Of a DNA stretch of 64,000 nucleotides, positions 1 through 8,836 are shown one piece after another (the stretch's first letter is position 1; the number at the start of each line of letters is the position of its first letter). The translations under genes and the position numbers were made by a program. The stretch covers positions 831 to 64,830 of the forward strand of contig DMES01000037.1 of NCBI GenBank assembly GCA_003450815.1, given 5' to 3'. Origin of the DNA: Elusimicrobiota bacterium (GTDB lineage: Bacteria > Elusimicrobiota > Elusimicrobia > Elusimicrobiales > UBA9959). Below the pieces are notes generated by a model, which saw only the letters and a list, made by a program, of their open reading frames with translations, made no database searches and was not told where the DNA came from.

Positions 1-1467
1 AAGTTTTGAGACGAACCATGCGGGAGGCTCGGCCGCGGGCAATTTTACGGTTACAGTCGTTCCCTTTCCCAATTCCGAAGTAATTACCAGACCGCCGCCC
101 CAGCTTTCAGCCGTGGTTCTGGCATGAAACAGCCCCAGGCCGGAACCGCCGGCTTTGCCGTGCGTTTCGCCCCTCTGCCCAAGCTTCGCCAGTATTTCAG
201 GCGGTATGCCTTTGCCGCTGTCTTTTACTTCAATTAACACTTTACCGTCTGCTGCCGACAATAAAACCTTCACGTTTCCTTTGTGCCCCTCTGGCTTGTT
301 ACCTGTGACTTGTGTCCTGTGACTATCCAATGCTTCAACGGCATTGTTGACTAAATTGGACACCAGCCGCTTAAATTCCACCGGCTGAATTTTTGCGAAC
401 AGACCGTAGGAAGCGGCGGTTAACTCAAAATCAATATTGATTCCGGGCTTTGATTCAAATTGCAGGCGCTTTTCCGTAACAACGGGGTCAACAAGACTTG
501 AAAGCAGGCAGACTTCCAGCGACTCGGCAACGGCCGCTCCGACACCGGCGGCGTTATCCATGGCGGGAGCGGTTTTAGCCTGCTGCCTGTTTTTCTCAAG
601 CAGATTATTGGCTATATCGCGTATTCGGTTGACCGCGTGCCGCAAGATAATACGCTGTTCTTCCGGCATCTGTGCCGCATTCTTAAGCGCCGCATCCAGC
701 GCCGTCAAAGGCGACCTTATATCATGCGCCACCTGCGCCGCCAGGTTTGAAGTGGCATTTGCAACAGCCAGTTCGCTTTCAAGGTGGGAGGCGCGCTGAA
801 GCACTTCGGCCAACCGGCTTATTAATACGGCAAAAGGAGTGTTCCGCAGGCTTTGCGGCAGTGATTCTATATTGCGCTGTATAGCGTCCTGAATTTTACC
901 ATGTTCACCGGCATCCGCCAGGGCATTAGTCTCGGCCACGCAACGCTCTATACTGAAAATGGTTTTTATGGCCCCGATGTTGGACAAAAAAAGCAGGCCT
1001 AAAAAGAATATCACCACGGTTATAAACAAAATATAATTCTGCTTGAAAATAGCGTAGTTTACATCCACTAGGTCTACTACGTATTCAAGTTTTCCAATTT
1101 CTACCCCGTTAGCGATAAGTGGTATATTACGAGTTAGTTGTGCGTATGGACGATTATATAAGTTCCCCACTATCTCATTTTTAAATATCCATTTGCCACC
1201 GTTAAACTTGACTGGTTGGAAGATAATGCGTTTTATATTGTTGTTTTTGATTCGCCACATTATTTTTTGAGTTTCAAGAACATCACCGTCCAGAAAAGCC
1301 TTTTCGAAATAAGCGGCGTTCTGATGCATACTAGCCAACAGATTGTTGTTCGCCATGCATACTACGGAAACAACTGAAAAAATTTGCCAGAATGCCACAA
1401 ATATCGCCAACGCGGCGGTGTAATATGTCCAATTATAAGAAAATGCTCGTCCCAAAATTTTCACCAT
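1..1467 (-). CDS. sensor histidine kinase; the C-terminus runs off the window start
   Basis: Absent from the ORF track because there is no stop inside the window. Hand translation of the minus strand from ATG 1467-1465 gives MVKILGRAFSYNWTYY... It shows two hydrophobic segments flanking a ~140-aa sensor region, H-box AHDIRSPLTAL, N-box LVSNLVNNAVEAL, and G-boxes VKDSGKGIP and GGSGLGL. It is still open at base 1 (...PPAWFVSKL). The start overlaps the stop of the upstream gene (ATGGTGA). Confidence 0.85.
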   Translation of the reverse strand, partial: MVKILGRAFSYNWTYYTAALAIFVAFWQIFSVVSVVCMANNNLLASMHQNAAYFEKAFLDGDVLETQKIMWRIKNNNIKRIIFQPVKFNGGKWIFKNEIVGNLYNRPYAQLTRNIPLIANGVEIGKLEYVVDLVDVNYAIFKQNYILFITVVIFFLGLLFLSNIGAIKTIFSIERCVAETNALADAGEHGKIQDAIQRNIESLPQSLRNTPFAVLISRLAEVLQRASHLESELAVANATSNLAAQVAHDIRSPLTALDAALKNAAQMPEEQRIILRHAVNRIRDIANNLLEKNRQQAKTAPAMDNAAGVGAAVAESLEVCLLSSLVDPVVTEKRLQFESKPGINIDFELTAASYGLFAKIQPVEFKRLVSNLVNNAVEALDSHRTQVTGNKPEGHKGNVKVLLSAADGKVLIEVKDSGKGIPPEILAKLGQRGETHGKAGGSGLGLFHARTTAESWGGGLVITSELGKGTTVTVKLPAAEPPAWFVSKL

Positions 1468-2918
1468 CTCAAATCCCCCACATCTGGATATTCAATAAAA
1501 TTTTTCCCAACTGTTAAGTTCTTAATCTCCGTTGGATAATAAAAGCTGCGCGTCTCTTGGTAAAGCGGCAAAACTGCGGCCTCGCTAGATAATCCTTCCG
1601 CAATTTTTACTGCGATGTTAGTTTTTTCATGGTCATCTTCTTCTTTAATCATTGAATTGCGTAAAGAGTTTAAGTGGGGCAAGTCAAAATCCAAAAGCCC
1701 GTCCTTTTTTAGAAAATCTTTAAAGAAAACGTCGTACTCCGGCTGTACGAGACTGTTCCCTATCATCACAAGATTGTAGGGATGAGGTCGTTTAAATAAT
1801 GTTTTAACCAAATCGTATGCGGAGTAGTTTTTAATTTTCATGATTATGCCGGTGGTTTTGTGAAAGTCTGTGGCAAATGTCTCAAGTTGCCTCTGATTAT
1901 CACTTCTCCAATTAGCAAAAATAAGAGTAGTCCCTTCCATCTGGTGCGGCTTACTACATAATTGCATTGGCCTACCAGCTTGTCCACCAGGAACGCCAAC
2001 AGGCAAGATGGTCGCAATATCATAAAAACCTTTGGTTTTAGGAAAGAATGCCTGCCTTAGTTTTACGATATCAACACAGTTATACACAATTTTACGCAGC
2101 TTTATGTTTGGAGAATTTATTACAAGACTAACAGATTTTAGCGAAATATTCTCAAAAGATAAAAACTGTTTAGAAACATTCTCTGGTATCTCGCTCTCAG
2201 GAATCCTGTTGAAATCCTTTAGATCTATTTTTTGTGGATTCAAATCAGAAATGCCGCCATACTCATATACTGTTATTGTGTTATATCCTTTACCACAATA
2301 TTTCTTTCGTTTGAGAACAATCTTTTCTTTCGAAATGTCCGCTACATAAAAAGCTCCCAGCCCCGCTTCAATATTTCCATTTTCCCGAATAGTGGGCGCA
2401 TTAGTATATTTGGTCAAAAATTCCAGGTACCCTTTTCTGCTTTTTTTAAAATCAACAACAACGCATCCTCCGGTTTGTGACACTGCAAAATCGGGCGAAT
2501 ATCTCCGCGTAATAAAAGCGATATGGGTTTTAAGGTATTCAGTGGAAAATGCGTATTGCGTATTAAACCGCTGTGATGTATCAGGGCAAAAAGTATATAT
2601 GGATGAGTCAACACTACGCCGCCAGTTTTTGAGTATCCTAGAGGAATAGTTTTCGCCGTCATCCCGTCTCAGTATGGGTTCATGGGTCTGCTTTAGGATA
2701 TAGAAAACGGCGTCCTCTCCGGCAAGCTCGGCAAAAATTCTTTCAGGTAATCCTGAAAAATAAACTCCCCAAAAATAATCTTTCGGTTTTGAACAACCAA
2801 AAACCAAAAAAGCACATAAGACAAACATAAGCAGTGGAATAATTTTGCTACATTGGAACAGGTTGGATCGCGATTTTGTCATAACAATCATGCACACATC
2901 AAAGCAAAATTCAGGCAA
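1461..2918 (-). CDS. extracellular solute-binding lipoprotein, ABC family-5 (peptide/nickel-type)-like
   Basis: 485-aa ORF. The hydrophobic N-terminus ends in the lipobox-like LVFGCSK. Size and general pattern fit family-5 SBPs. It is translationally coupled to the downstream kinase. The true start may be an internal Met (2891 or 2882). Confidence 0.55.
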   Translation of the reverse strand: MPEFCFDVCMIVMTKSRSNLFQCSKIIPLLMFVLCAFLVFGCSKPKDYFWGVYFSGLPERIFAELAGEDAVFYILKQTHEPILRRDDGENYSSRILKNWRRSVDSSIYTFCPDTSQRFNTQYAFSTEYLKTHIAFITRRYSPDFAVSQTGGCVVVDFKKSRKGYLEFLTKYTNAPTIRENGNIEAGLGAFYVADISKEKIVLKRKKYCGKGYNTITVYEYGGISDLNPQKIDLKDFNRIPESEIPENVSKQFLSFENISLKSVSLVINSPNIKLRKIVYNCVDIVKLRQAFFPKTKGFYDIATILPVGVPGGQAGRPMQLCSKPHQMEGTTLIFANWRSDNQRQLETFATDFHKTTGIIMKIKNYSAYDLVKTLFKRPHPYNLVMIGNSLVQPEYDVFFKDFLKKDGLLDFDLPHLNSLRNSMIKEEDDHEKTNIAVKIAEGLSSEAAVLPLYQETRSFYYPTEIKNLTVGKNFIEYPDVGDLRW

Positions 2919-2993
2919 TCAATCCTTAATATTGGACTGCGCCCTTCTCCCTGAACAGTATCTCTGCAAGTTTAGGATGGCTTGACAGGTTTT

Positions 2994-3785
2994 TCATACA
3001 CCCTCAAATTGCCGCTCAAACTCATCAGGGGGCATATAGCCCAGTGATGAATGTAACCGCTTCTTGTTGTAAAGCTCTTCTATGAAGTAAGGAAGTCGGT
3101 TTAACACGTCTTCGTAAGTTTCGTAGCCTCCCAGATACACCTCCTCGTATTTCAATGTCTTCATAAAACTCTCGGCGGCGGCATTATCGTACGGGTTCCC
3201 GCTCCTGGACATGCTGGGCCGCAACTTGTTATCTTCCAGCAGCTTTACATAGTCGTCGCACGCATACTGTACGCCCCGGTCCGAATGATGAAGGCAGCCT
3301 GCCGGCGGTTTACGCTCTCTTAAAGCCTGCTGCAACGCTCCCAGCGTCAACCGGCGGTCTATCTGCCGCGATATGGACCATCCGATGACTTTGCGTGAAT
3401 ACAGATCCAGAATGGCCGCCAGGTACACAAAGCCCGTAAGGATGCGGATATACGTGATATCCGCCACCCAAACCTGGTTCGGCCCGCTGATGGCCAATAT
3501 CCCAGCCAGCAGGTTCGGATAACACCGCCAAGGATGATCCGAATCAGTGGTCCTGATAAACGCCCGCGGACGTATCGGAAAAAGACCGTAGTCTTTCATT
3601 ATCCGCCGCAGCCGCTTGGCATTTACCCGCTTGCCGCCACGCAATAACGCATTGTATATGCGCCGGTATCCGTAAGCCGGAAATTCCACGTGGATAGCGT
3701 CTATCTCACCTTTGATCTCCGTGTCGGATATCTGTCGGCTTAGGCTCGGCTTATAATAATAAGCCCCGAGCTTCAGGCCGATCAT
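2994..3785 (-). CDS. IS3-family transposase OrfB (DDE/rve integrase core)
   Basis: 263-aa ORF with rve-type motifs VWVADITYI, HHSDRGVQY and SGNPYDNAAAESF. Its frame is open upstream of the listed ATG back to the slippery site. Confidence 0.9.
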   Translation of the reverse strand: MIGLKLGAYYYKPSLSRQISDTEIKGEIDAIHVEFPAYGYRRIYNALLRGGKRVNAKRLRRIMKDYGLFPIRPRAFIRTTDSDHPWRCYPNLLAGILAISGPNQVWVADITYIRILTGFVYLAAILDLYSRKVIGWSISRQIDRRLTLGALQQALRERKPPAGCLHHSDRGVQYACDDYVKLLEDNKLRPSMSRSGNPYDNAAAESFMKTLKYEEVYLGGYETYEDVLNRLPYFIEELYNKKRLHSSLGYMPPDEFERQFEGV

Positions 3786-4132
3786 TTCGCATCCTTGCGC
3801 GATTGTTCCCAGTTTAGCCCGGTTATCACGGAGGAATTGGCGCTTCTCAGTCGTCTTGCGTAGCCCGCCGTTTTTTTTAGAACACCAACCTGCATGTACA
3901 GCTCGCCGATCTGCTCTTTAAGCGCCCGATTCTCTTTCTCAAGGGCCTTCTCTCGCGTGGAAGGCCGATCAATCAGCGCGCCGTCGCGCGCTTTGTCGCG
4001 CCAGACTTGGATCAGGCTTGGGGCCAATTCGTAGCGCCTGGCCGCCTCGGCCAAACCGCATACGCCGGTTTCCACTTCCCGGACGACCTGCTTCTTGAAT
4101 TCAACTGAAAATATCCGCTTCTTCTTTCCCAT
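3782..4132 (-). CDS. IS3-family transposase OrfA (HTH)
   Basis: 116 aa. N-terminal MGKKKRIFSVEFKKQVV.. resembles an HTH. A leucine-zipper-like EKENRALKEQIGELYMQVGVLKK lies just before the slippery A8. Confidence 0.9.
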   Translation of the reverse strand: MGKKKRIFSVEFKKQVVREVETGVCGLAEAARRYELAPSLIQVWRDKARDGALIDRPSTREKALEKENRALKEQIGELYMQVGVLKKTAGYARRLRSANSSVITGLNWEQSRKDAK

Positions 4133-4259
4133 GGCTGGTTCCTCGCTTATTTCTCATTATATCACGGCACTTTGAGAAACCAGTCAAAACCATACCTAAT
4201 CTAGCCTTGAAATCTGTTCAGTTTTAGGGGCGCACTCCATATCATACCTTCACCCCTTG

Positions 4260-5888
4260 TTAAAGACTTGGGTGAGCTGGTTTTGAGGGAGTTTTTGCAA
4301 AAAAAAGATTCTTTACGCGCCCGGCCCCGATATAAAATCCGGTATGCCTGCCAAGGCTGTCGCCTATAAACCTCAGGGTGATCCATATGCCTGTAAACAA
4401 ATCTTCGCACACAAGCCGAAGCAGTTCTTTTACATTGCCCTGCCTGATTAATTGTAGTTTTCCGTCTTCTAACGTAACTTTATACACCGTGTCCAGTTCA
4501 TCGCAATAATATTCACCAGCAAAGGCTTTTAGTTTTTCTAGATTAATCGTTACCGGATCCATTTTGTGATAAACATCAGGTCTCCCACCGTCTTTTCTTG
4601 CTACCAACTGGAAAGGTTTTTTTGGTTTGCTTCTTTCGAATTTAATATCAAAAGAGTTCGCAGTCGCTACAAAGTGATTTAAACTGACCGAGTCTAATGG
4701 GTAACATGTCCCGGAAATGCCTAAAATCATTTTTCCATCTTTGACTAAGATTTCCGCAACGCCGCCGTTTTTTGAATTAACATAAAATCCGGACTTGTTC
4801 TCCATTGCAGGTAGCGATATAAGCGTTTTTCTGGTATGTGTCGAATGAGGCTTGTTCGTTTTTTCTGCAAAATCACCAGCCAGGCAAAGGTCAACTATTT
4901 GTTTCGCAATCTGTGTCGGGTGTGTATTGCCTAAATTTGACAAACAAATAACAGAGAATTTTCTTTGAGGTAATCGAAGCATTTCTGCCCTGTATCCAGC
5001 CCAGCTTCCTCCATGGCTGATCATCTTTATGCCTCTGTAAGAGGTAACGAATAAACCGAAAGCATAATCTAACGGGGCCCCATTGTTGAGCCTTCCCGGA
5101 GTGGTAATCTCTTTAATCAAATTCTGACCACCTCCGCCGAGTTTGTTATGATAAAAATTCTGATCCCAAAGGAAAAGATCTTCTGTTGTGGTATTTACTC
5201 CGCCATCACCCACAACATCAAAAATAGACATATCAATTTTAAAACCTTGGTTTCCTGATGAATAGCCTGTGGCTTTGTTTTTTACAATCATGGAGAAGTC
5301 ATCATGGAAGTGGGTGTTTTTCATTCCAAGCGGCGAAAAGATATTCTCTTCAGCAAAATCACGTAGTGATTGTCCGGAAACCCGTTTTACGATCTCACCC
5401 AGCAAAAGGTAGCCGGAATTGCTATATAAAAATTCTTTGCCAGGTTTAAAATTAAGTGCTTTTTGTCTTGAGATAAGCCCAATTATTTCCTCATCAGGAT
5501 ATTCATTCTCAAGACGCATCCCGGTCAGTTCCATAAGTGTCAAATAATCACGGATACCGCTTATATGATGAATTAAGTGACGAATGGTGATAGTGTCTTG
5601 ATATCTTGACATTTCCGGAATATGTCTTTGAATGTCATCCTCCAAGGAGAGCTTGCCTTCACTTGCAAGAACAGCAACACAAAATGCAACAAATTGCTTG
5701 GAAGTTGACCCAATGTCAAATACGGATGTAGTTGAGATTGGGATGTTATGTTCTAAACTGGCCATGCCATACCCGCGCTTAAATATTATTTTTCCGTTCT
5801 TAACGATTGCCAAAGAAAATCCGGGAGAATCCGGTTTATTCCATTCAACGAATAGCTGGTCGATTTTATTAACGGGAATTGTTTTCAT
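4260..5888 (-). CDS. serine hydrolase, beta-lactamase/transpeptidase-like (class C / D-aminopeptidase-like family)
   Basis: 542 aa. SxxK nucleophile motif in FDIGSTSKQF, a YSNSGY (YxN) motif, an HGGS tract, and an extra ~170-aa C-terminal domain. Confidence 0.8.
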   Translation of the reverse strand: MKTIPVNKIDQLFVEWNKPDSPGFSLAIVKNGKIIFKRGYGMASLEHNIPISTTSVFDIGSTSKQFVAFCVAVLASEGKLSLEDDIQRHIPEMSRYQDTITIRHLIHHISGIRDYLTLMELTGMRLENEYPDEEIIGLISRQKALNFKPGKEFLYSNSGYLLLGEIVKRVSGQSLRDFAEENIFSPLGMKNTHFHDDFSMIVKNKATGYSSGNQGFKIDMSIFDVVGDGGVNTTTEDLFLWDQNFYHNKLGGGGQNLIKEITTPGRLNNGAPLDYAFGLFVTSYRGIKMISHGGSWAGYRAEMLRLPQRKFSVICLSNLGNTHPTQIAKQIVDLCLAGDFAEKTNKPHSTHTRKTLISLPAMENKSGFYVNSKNGGVAEILVKDGKMILGISGTCYPLDSVSLNHFVATANSFDIKFERSKPKKPFQLVARKDGGRPDVYHKMDPVTINLEKLKAFAGEYYCDELDTVYKVTLEDGKLQLIRQGNVKELLRLVCEDLFTGIWITLRFIGDSLGRHTGFYIGAGRVKNLFFAKTPSKPAHPSL

Positions 5889-5983
5889 ATAAAAATGACT
5901 CTCTCTTGCTGTTTTAAAAAATCTTAAATTGCGATATTGGTTTTAACCTTTTTAGAAGCTTCTACTTTAAAATATTGGACATC

Positions 5984-6859
5984 TTAAGTGGAATTTTCGC
6001 TTTTAAGTATCCTGGGTATAACGTGTGAACAGAGCACACATGGATCTGAGTCCGCCGGAGACAAGTTTTTTTTAGGCAAACCAGACATCTGCAGGAGTCT
6101 GCCAAATGAAAACCTAGAAATTAATTTATAAAACCGACTACGCCGATGTATTTCTACGGTGGGGTGTACATAGTTTCTATTGTCAGACGCAGAAGCAAGA
6201 AAAGCACAGCAGGTGGTAAAGCCAAAGCCGCAATTATATACAAGTTTACCGAGATTTGGGCAGGTTTTTTTAAAAACATTACCATCAACTCGTTTATACC
6301 TGTACTCTATAGCATTCTTCTTTGCATTCCCTATTGATAAGACTTTCTGAATAGTAATAGGTACTCCAGGCAATTTAATACTGTTTAAAAAAACAAGATC
6401 CAATGGGGATTCTATCGCACAAACAATACTGAAAGATAGATTTAATTTAGCGCATGCTTCAAAAAGGTTGTAAATATGCGTAACGGGGGCAAATTTCGCA
6501 TGAAATTTATCATAAGACATCTGTACACTATGTAGCACACTAAAAGACCTGAGAGTTTTTTCCGCGGAGGCGGGGCTTATGGCAAAATGACCATTGGTAA
6601 CTATACGGGTTCTTATTTTATTGGGATCATCGATTGCCGAAAGAATTTTGGTTATTTCTTTAATATACAGTGTGGGCTCACCTCCCGTGAAGATAAGGGA
6701 GCGTGGATGATACTTATTAATTGTTTCAATTTGTAGGGAAACTTCCCTACTGGAAATCTTTTTGCGTCCTAAATTTCGATCTACAATGCAATGCCGGCAC
6801 TGAAAATTACATCTAGTGCCGACAGTGATTCCAAGCTCCAAATTGCCCGCACCACTCAT
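5984..6859 (-). CDS. radical SAM protein, with Cys-rich C-terminal region
   Basis: 291 aa. CNFQCRHC (CxxxCxxC) near the N-terminus and FTGGEPTL. C-terminal cysteines occur in CPNLG..YNCGFGFTTCC and CVLC. The start overlaps the upstream small ORF (ATGA). Confidence 0.8.
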   Translation of the reverse strand: MSGAGNLELGITVGTRCNFQCRHCIVDRNLGRKKISSREVSLQIETINKYHPRSLIFTGGEPTLYIKEITKILSAIDDPNKIRTRIVTNGHFAISPASAEKTLRSFSVLHSVQMSYDKFHAKFAPVTHIYNLFEACAKLNLSFSIVCAIESPLDLVFLNSIKLPGVPITIQKVLSIGNAKKNAIEYRYKRVDGNVFKKTCPNLGKLVYNCGFGFTTCCAFLASASDNRNYVHPTVEIHRRSRFYKLISRFSFGRLLQMSGLPKKNLSPADSDPCVLCSHVIPRILKSENST

Positions 6860-7059
6860 TCCCGTTTGGTGTTTTCTGTGGGTAGGCGGGTAGATGGATC
6901 AGAGCACTGGATATTGCCATCTGAGTGATTCGCTCTCAGTATATAAAAAGCTGTTTTCTGTCCGGTAGACAGCTTTTGAACATACTGGATAGCGCTACTC
7001 ATCGGGAAAAGGCCAATCGAAACCAAAAATGCCGCTATCACCTTATCGTTAATTTTCAT
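6856..7059 (-). CDS. 67-aa hypothetical protein with one N-terminal hydrophobic helix, coupled to the radical SAM gene
   Basis: Internal ATG at 7059 is preceded by GGGGAGGATAAA (strong SD). The sequence is MKINDKVIAAFLVSIGLFPM... Its stop overlaps the rSAM start. The longer form in the ORF track has no RBS. Confidence 0.5.
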   Translation of the reverse strand: MKINDKVIAAFLVSIGLFPMSSAIQYVQKLSTGQKTAFYILRANHSDGNIQCSDPSTRLPTENTKRE

Positions 7060-7377
7060 TTTATCCTCCCCTCTAATACTTATTTTACCATTATTGCCGC
7101 CGCTGCTCAAAAAAAGGGAAAGCAAATTTATTCGCTTTCCCTGGGTGCACCGGATTATGGTCCGGTCGTGATACTCTGGCGCCAATCCGCCAAATTACAA
7201 GGATAACTGCAAGTATAGGTTAGCCGCCGGATTCTCATACTACAAGGGCCGGAAGTCCTATGTGCTTTTGGGCCCAGAAAAGCAATTCTGGGCTTTGCTT
7301 TTTACAATGTGCCCGTGGTTTATTTTTGAAGTAAGTCATATATGTGGAAGATATTCGTTGTTCCAGTAGGATAAGAG

Positions 7378-7581
7378 TTATTTGCCTTGTTTGTTTATTC
7401 TTTCCAGTATCCACACATGTGCCCGGTGGCCCAAATAGGCGCCTACGGCAAAAGTCATTGGGGGTAAGACAATCTGGAATATTTTAGGAAGGCATACATA
7501 GTTATGCGCACCTAAAATAATTGGCAGAATTATCCCAGCTAGGGCGCCGATGAAAGCGCCATGTTCATGTTTAAGTTTCAT
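7378..7581 (-). CDS. small (67-aa) two-helix membrane protein, hypothetical
   Basis: AAGGAG lies 6 nt upstream of the ATG. It has two hydrophobic segments. Confidence 0.55.
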   Translation of the reverse strand: MKLKHEHGAFIGALAGIILPIILGAHNYVCLPKIFQIVLPPMTFAVGAYLGHRAHVWILERINKQGK

Positions 7582-7634
7582 TTTACTCTCCTTAGCTTTT
7601 TTGATCCGCAGTCAAAAGTATAAATGAGGTTTAA

Positions 7635-8300
7635 TTAACCACCTATGGGTGGTTCACAATTCCAGTTAGAGCAATAACGTTCAGGAATACAAGATGGTAT
7701 AATCGTAGCTACTGCCTTGCATATCATATAGGTGGCAGTGCATTCCGGCATAGTCCAGACTCCGCCAACCCATGACCCAGCTGCGCAAAGCCCGCCCACT
7801 TGCTCGCAAACATCCTTGTATACAGTGACATCATGACATACATCACGATAACTGTATTCTGAGCATGTGCAAACTCCGGGTGATCTTGTGGGCAGCAAAC
7901 AATTTTCAGGAAGCGTATGTGTCGAACCCTTTACAGCATACACAAAATCGTATTTTTGCTCCAAAGTTCCTTGGTCACGCAGGCATTCGAATCCGTCGCG
8001 AAGCTGGGGCGCAAGATTATTCGCATTTACATAAGCCATTGCGGAGCCAATAGCCTCATCCATTGCTATTAACATGCGCGGGCTGAAAACAGGTTCCGCT
8101 TCAACTGTTAAAACCGCCGCCGGCTTCGGTTTCTCACACGCTATATTATCATTTTGGCTGGAATCAGCGGTTTTTATTGCTTCCATGAAGTTTATGCCAC
8201 CTAAAGCTTTGCCGTCAAAGTCTACTTTTATATCCTCGGCATGAACAACGCCAAGTCCCAAACCGGCCACCGCCGCAACCGCCAGTATTAGTCTTTTCAT
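7635..8300 (-). CDS. secreted cysteine-rich hypothetical protein
   Basis: 221 aa. Signal peptide MKRLILAVAAVAGLGLGVVHA. I count 13 Cys, concentrated in the C-terminal half. GGAG lies upstream of the start. Confidence 0.65.
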   Translation of the reverse strand: MKRLILAVAAVAGLGLGVVHAEDIKVDFDGKALGGINFMEAIKTADSSQNDNIACEKPKPAAVLTVEAEPVFSPRMLIAMDEAIGSAMAYVNANNLAPQLRDGFECLRDQGTLEQKYDFVYAVKGSTHTLPENCLLPTRSPGVCTCSEYSYRDVCHDVTVYKDVCEQVGGLCAAGSWVGGVWTMPECTATYMICKAVATIIPSCIPERYCSNWNCEPPIGG

Positions 8301-8478
8301 CTTTTTTCTCCGGTCTTTTTGAATTACCGGTGAAGTTTTTCTCGCCGGTTTTGCTTATGCCTCTCACGGAGCAATTTTTGTGCCAAAATCAGGCAGATAG
8401 CCTGATTTTGGGCGGTTTCATTGGGAAAATATGGAGTTGAGTATTTATCAGGAGTAAGGAAAGCGGGCAAAAACATTT

Positions 8479-8506
8479 TCATTTGAAAACATTTGTTTTC
8501 AAATGA
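8479..8506. promoter_or_regulatory. perfect 13-bp inverted repeat TCATTTGAAAACA-tt-TGTTTTCAAATGA; candidate operator
   Basis: Read directly from the sequence. It lies ~180 nt upstream of the 7635..8300 gene, in a 600-bp non-coding gap next to the ZIP metal transporter. Confidence 0.3.
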
Positions 8507-8836
8507 AATGAAAAACCGCTTTAAGCAGAAATTAAAAAAGCATGCTGGCAGCGCTATTTTCCGCCGGTCAGCTATAAACACCGACTGAAGCATCTTGCAT
8601 TTAAGCGTTTAATCAACGTCCCGCCTGCCACCACGAGAACCAATATTCGCGTATTTTGGGGCCATAAGGAATTAAATGCACCGACCCGGCTGGCCGCATC
8701 AGTTTAGGGATGGGGGACGCAGCTTTGTTTCTTGGTTATTTTGCCGTATCGCAGATTATTTCAAAGACTGACGAGAAAAATTCAAGGCACTCTGAAAAGT
8801 GCCCTGAATTTTTCCCTGGGAGTTAGACAAGGTTTT

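Larger units (their letters stand above)
2933..4239 (-). mobile_element. IS3-family insertion sequence, apparently intact
   Basis: Imperfect terminal inverted repeats: TGGACTGCGCCC..CTGAACAG from 2933 and CTGTTCAG..GGGGCGCACTCCA ending at 4239. A 3-bp direct repeat TAT flanks it (2930-2932 and 4240-4242). It has an HTH OrfA plus a DDE OrfB. An A8 slippery run (plus-strand T8 at 3871-3878) allows a -1 shift from OrfA (..GVLKK) into an open frame reading NGGLRKTTEKRQFLRDNRAKLGTIAQGCEMIGLKLGAYYYKP, which continues into OrfB. Confidence 0.9.

Noticed and set aside
437-799. Plus-strand 120-aa ORF in the track
   Set aside because: It lies antisense to a motif-rich histidine kinase reading frame (H-box and ATPase boxes on the minus strand). 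It is a shadow ORF.
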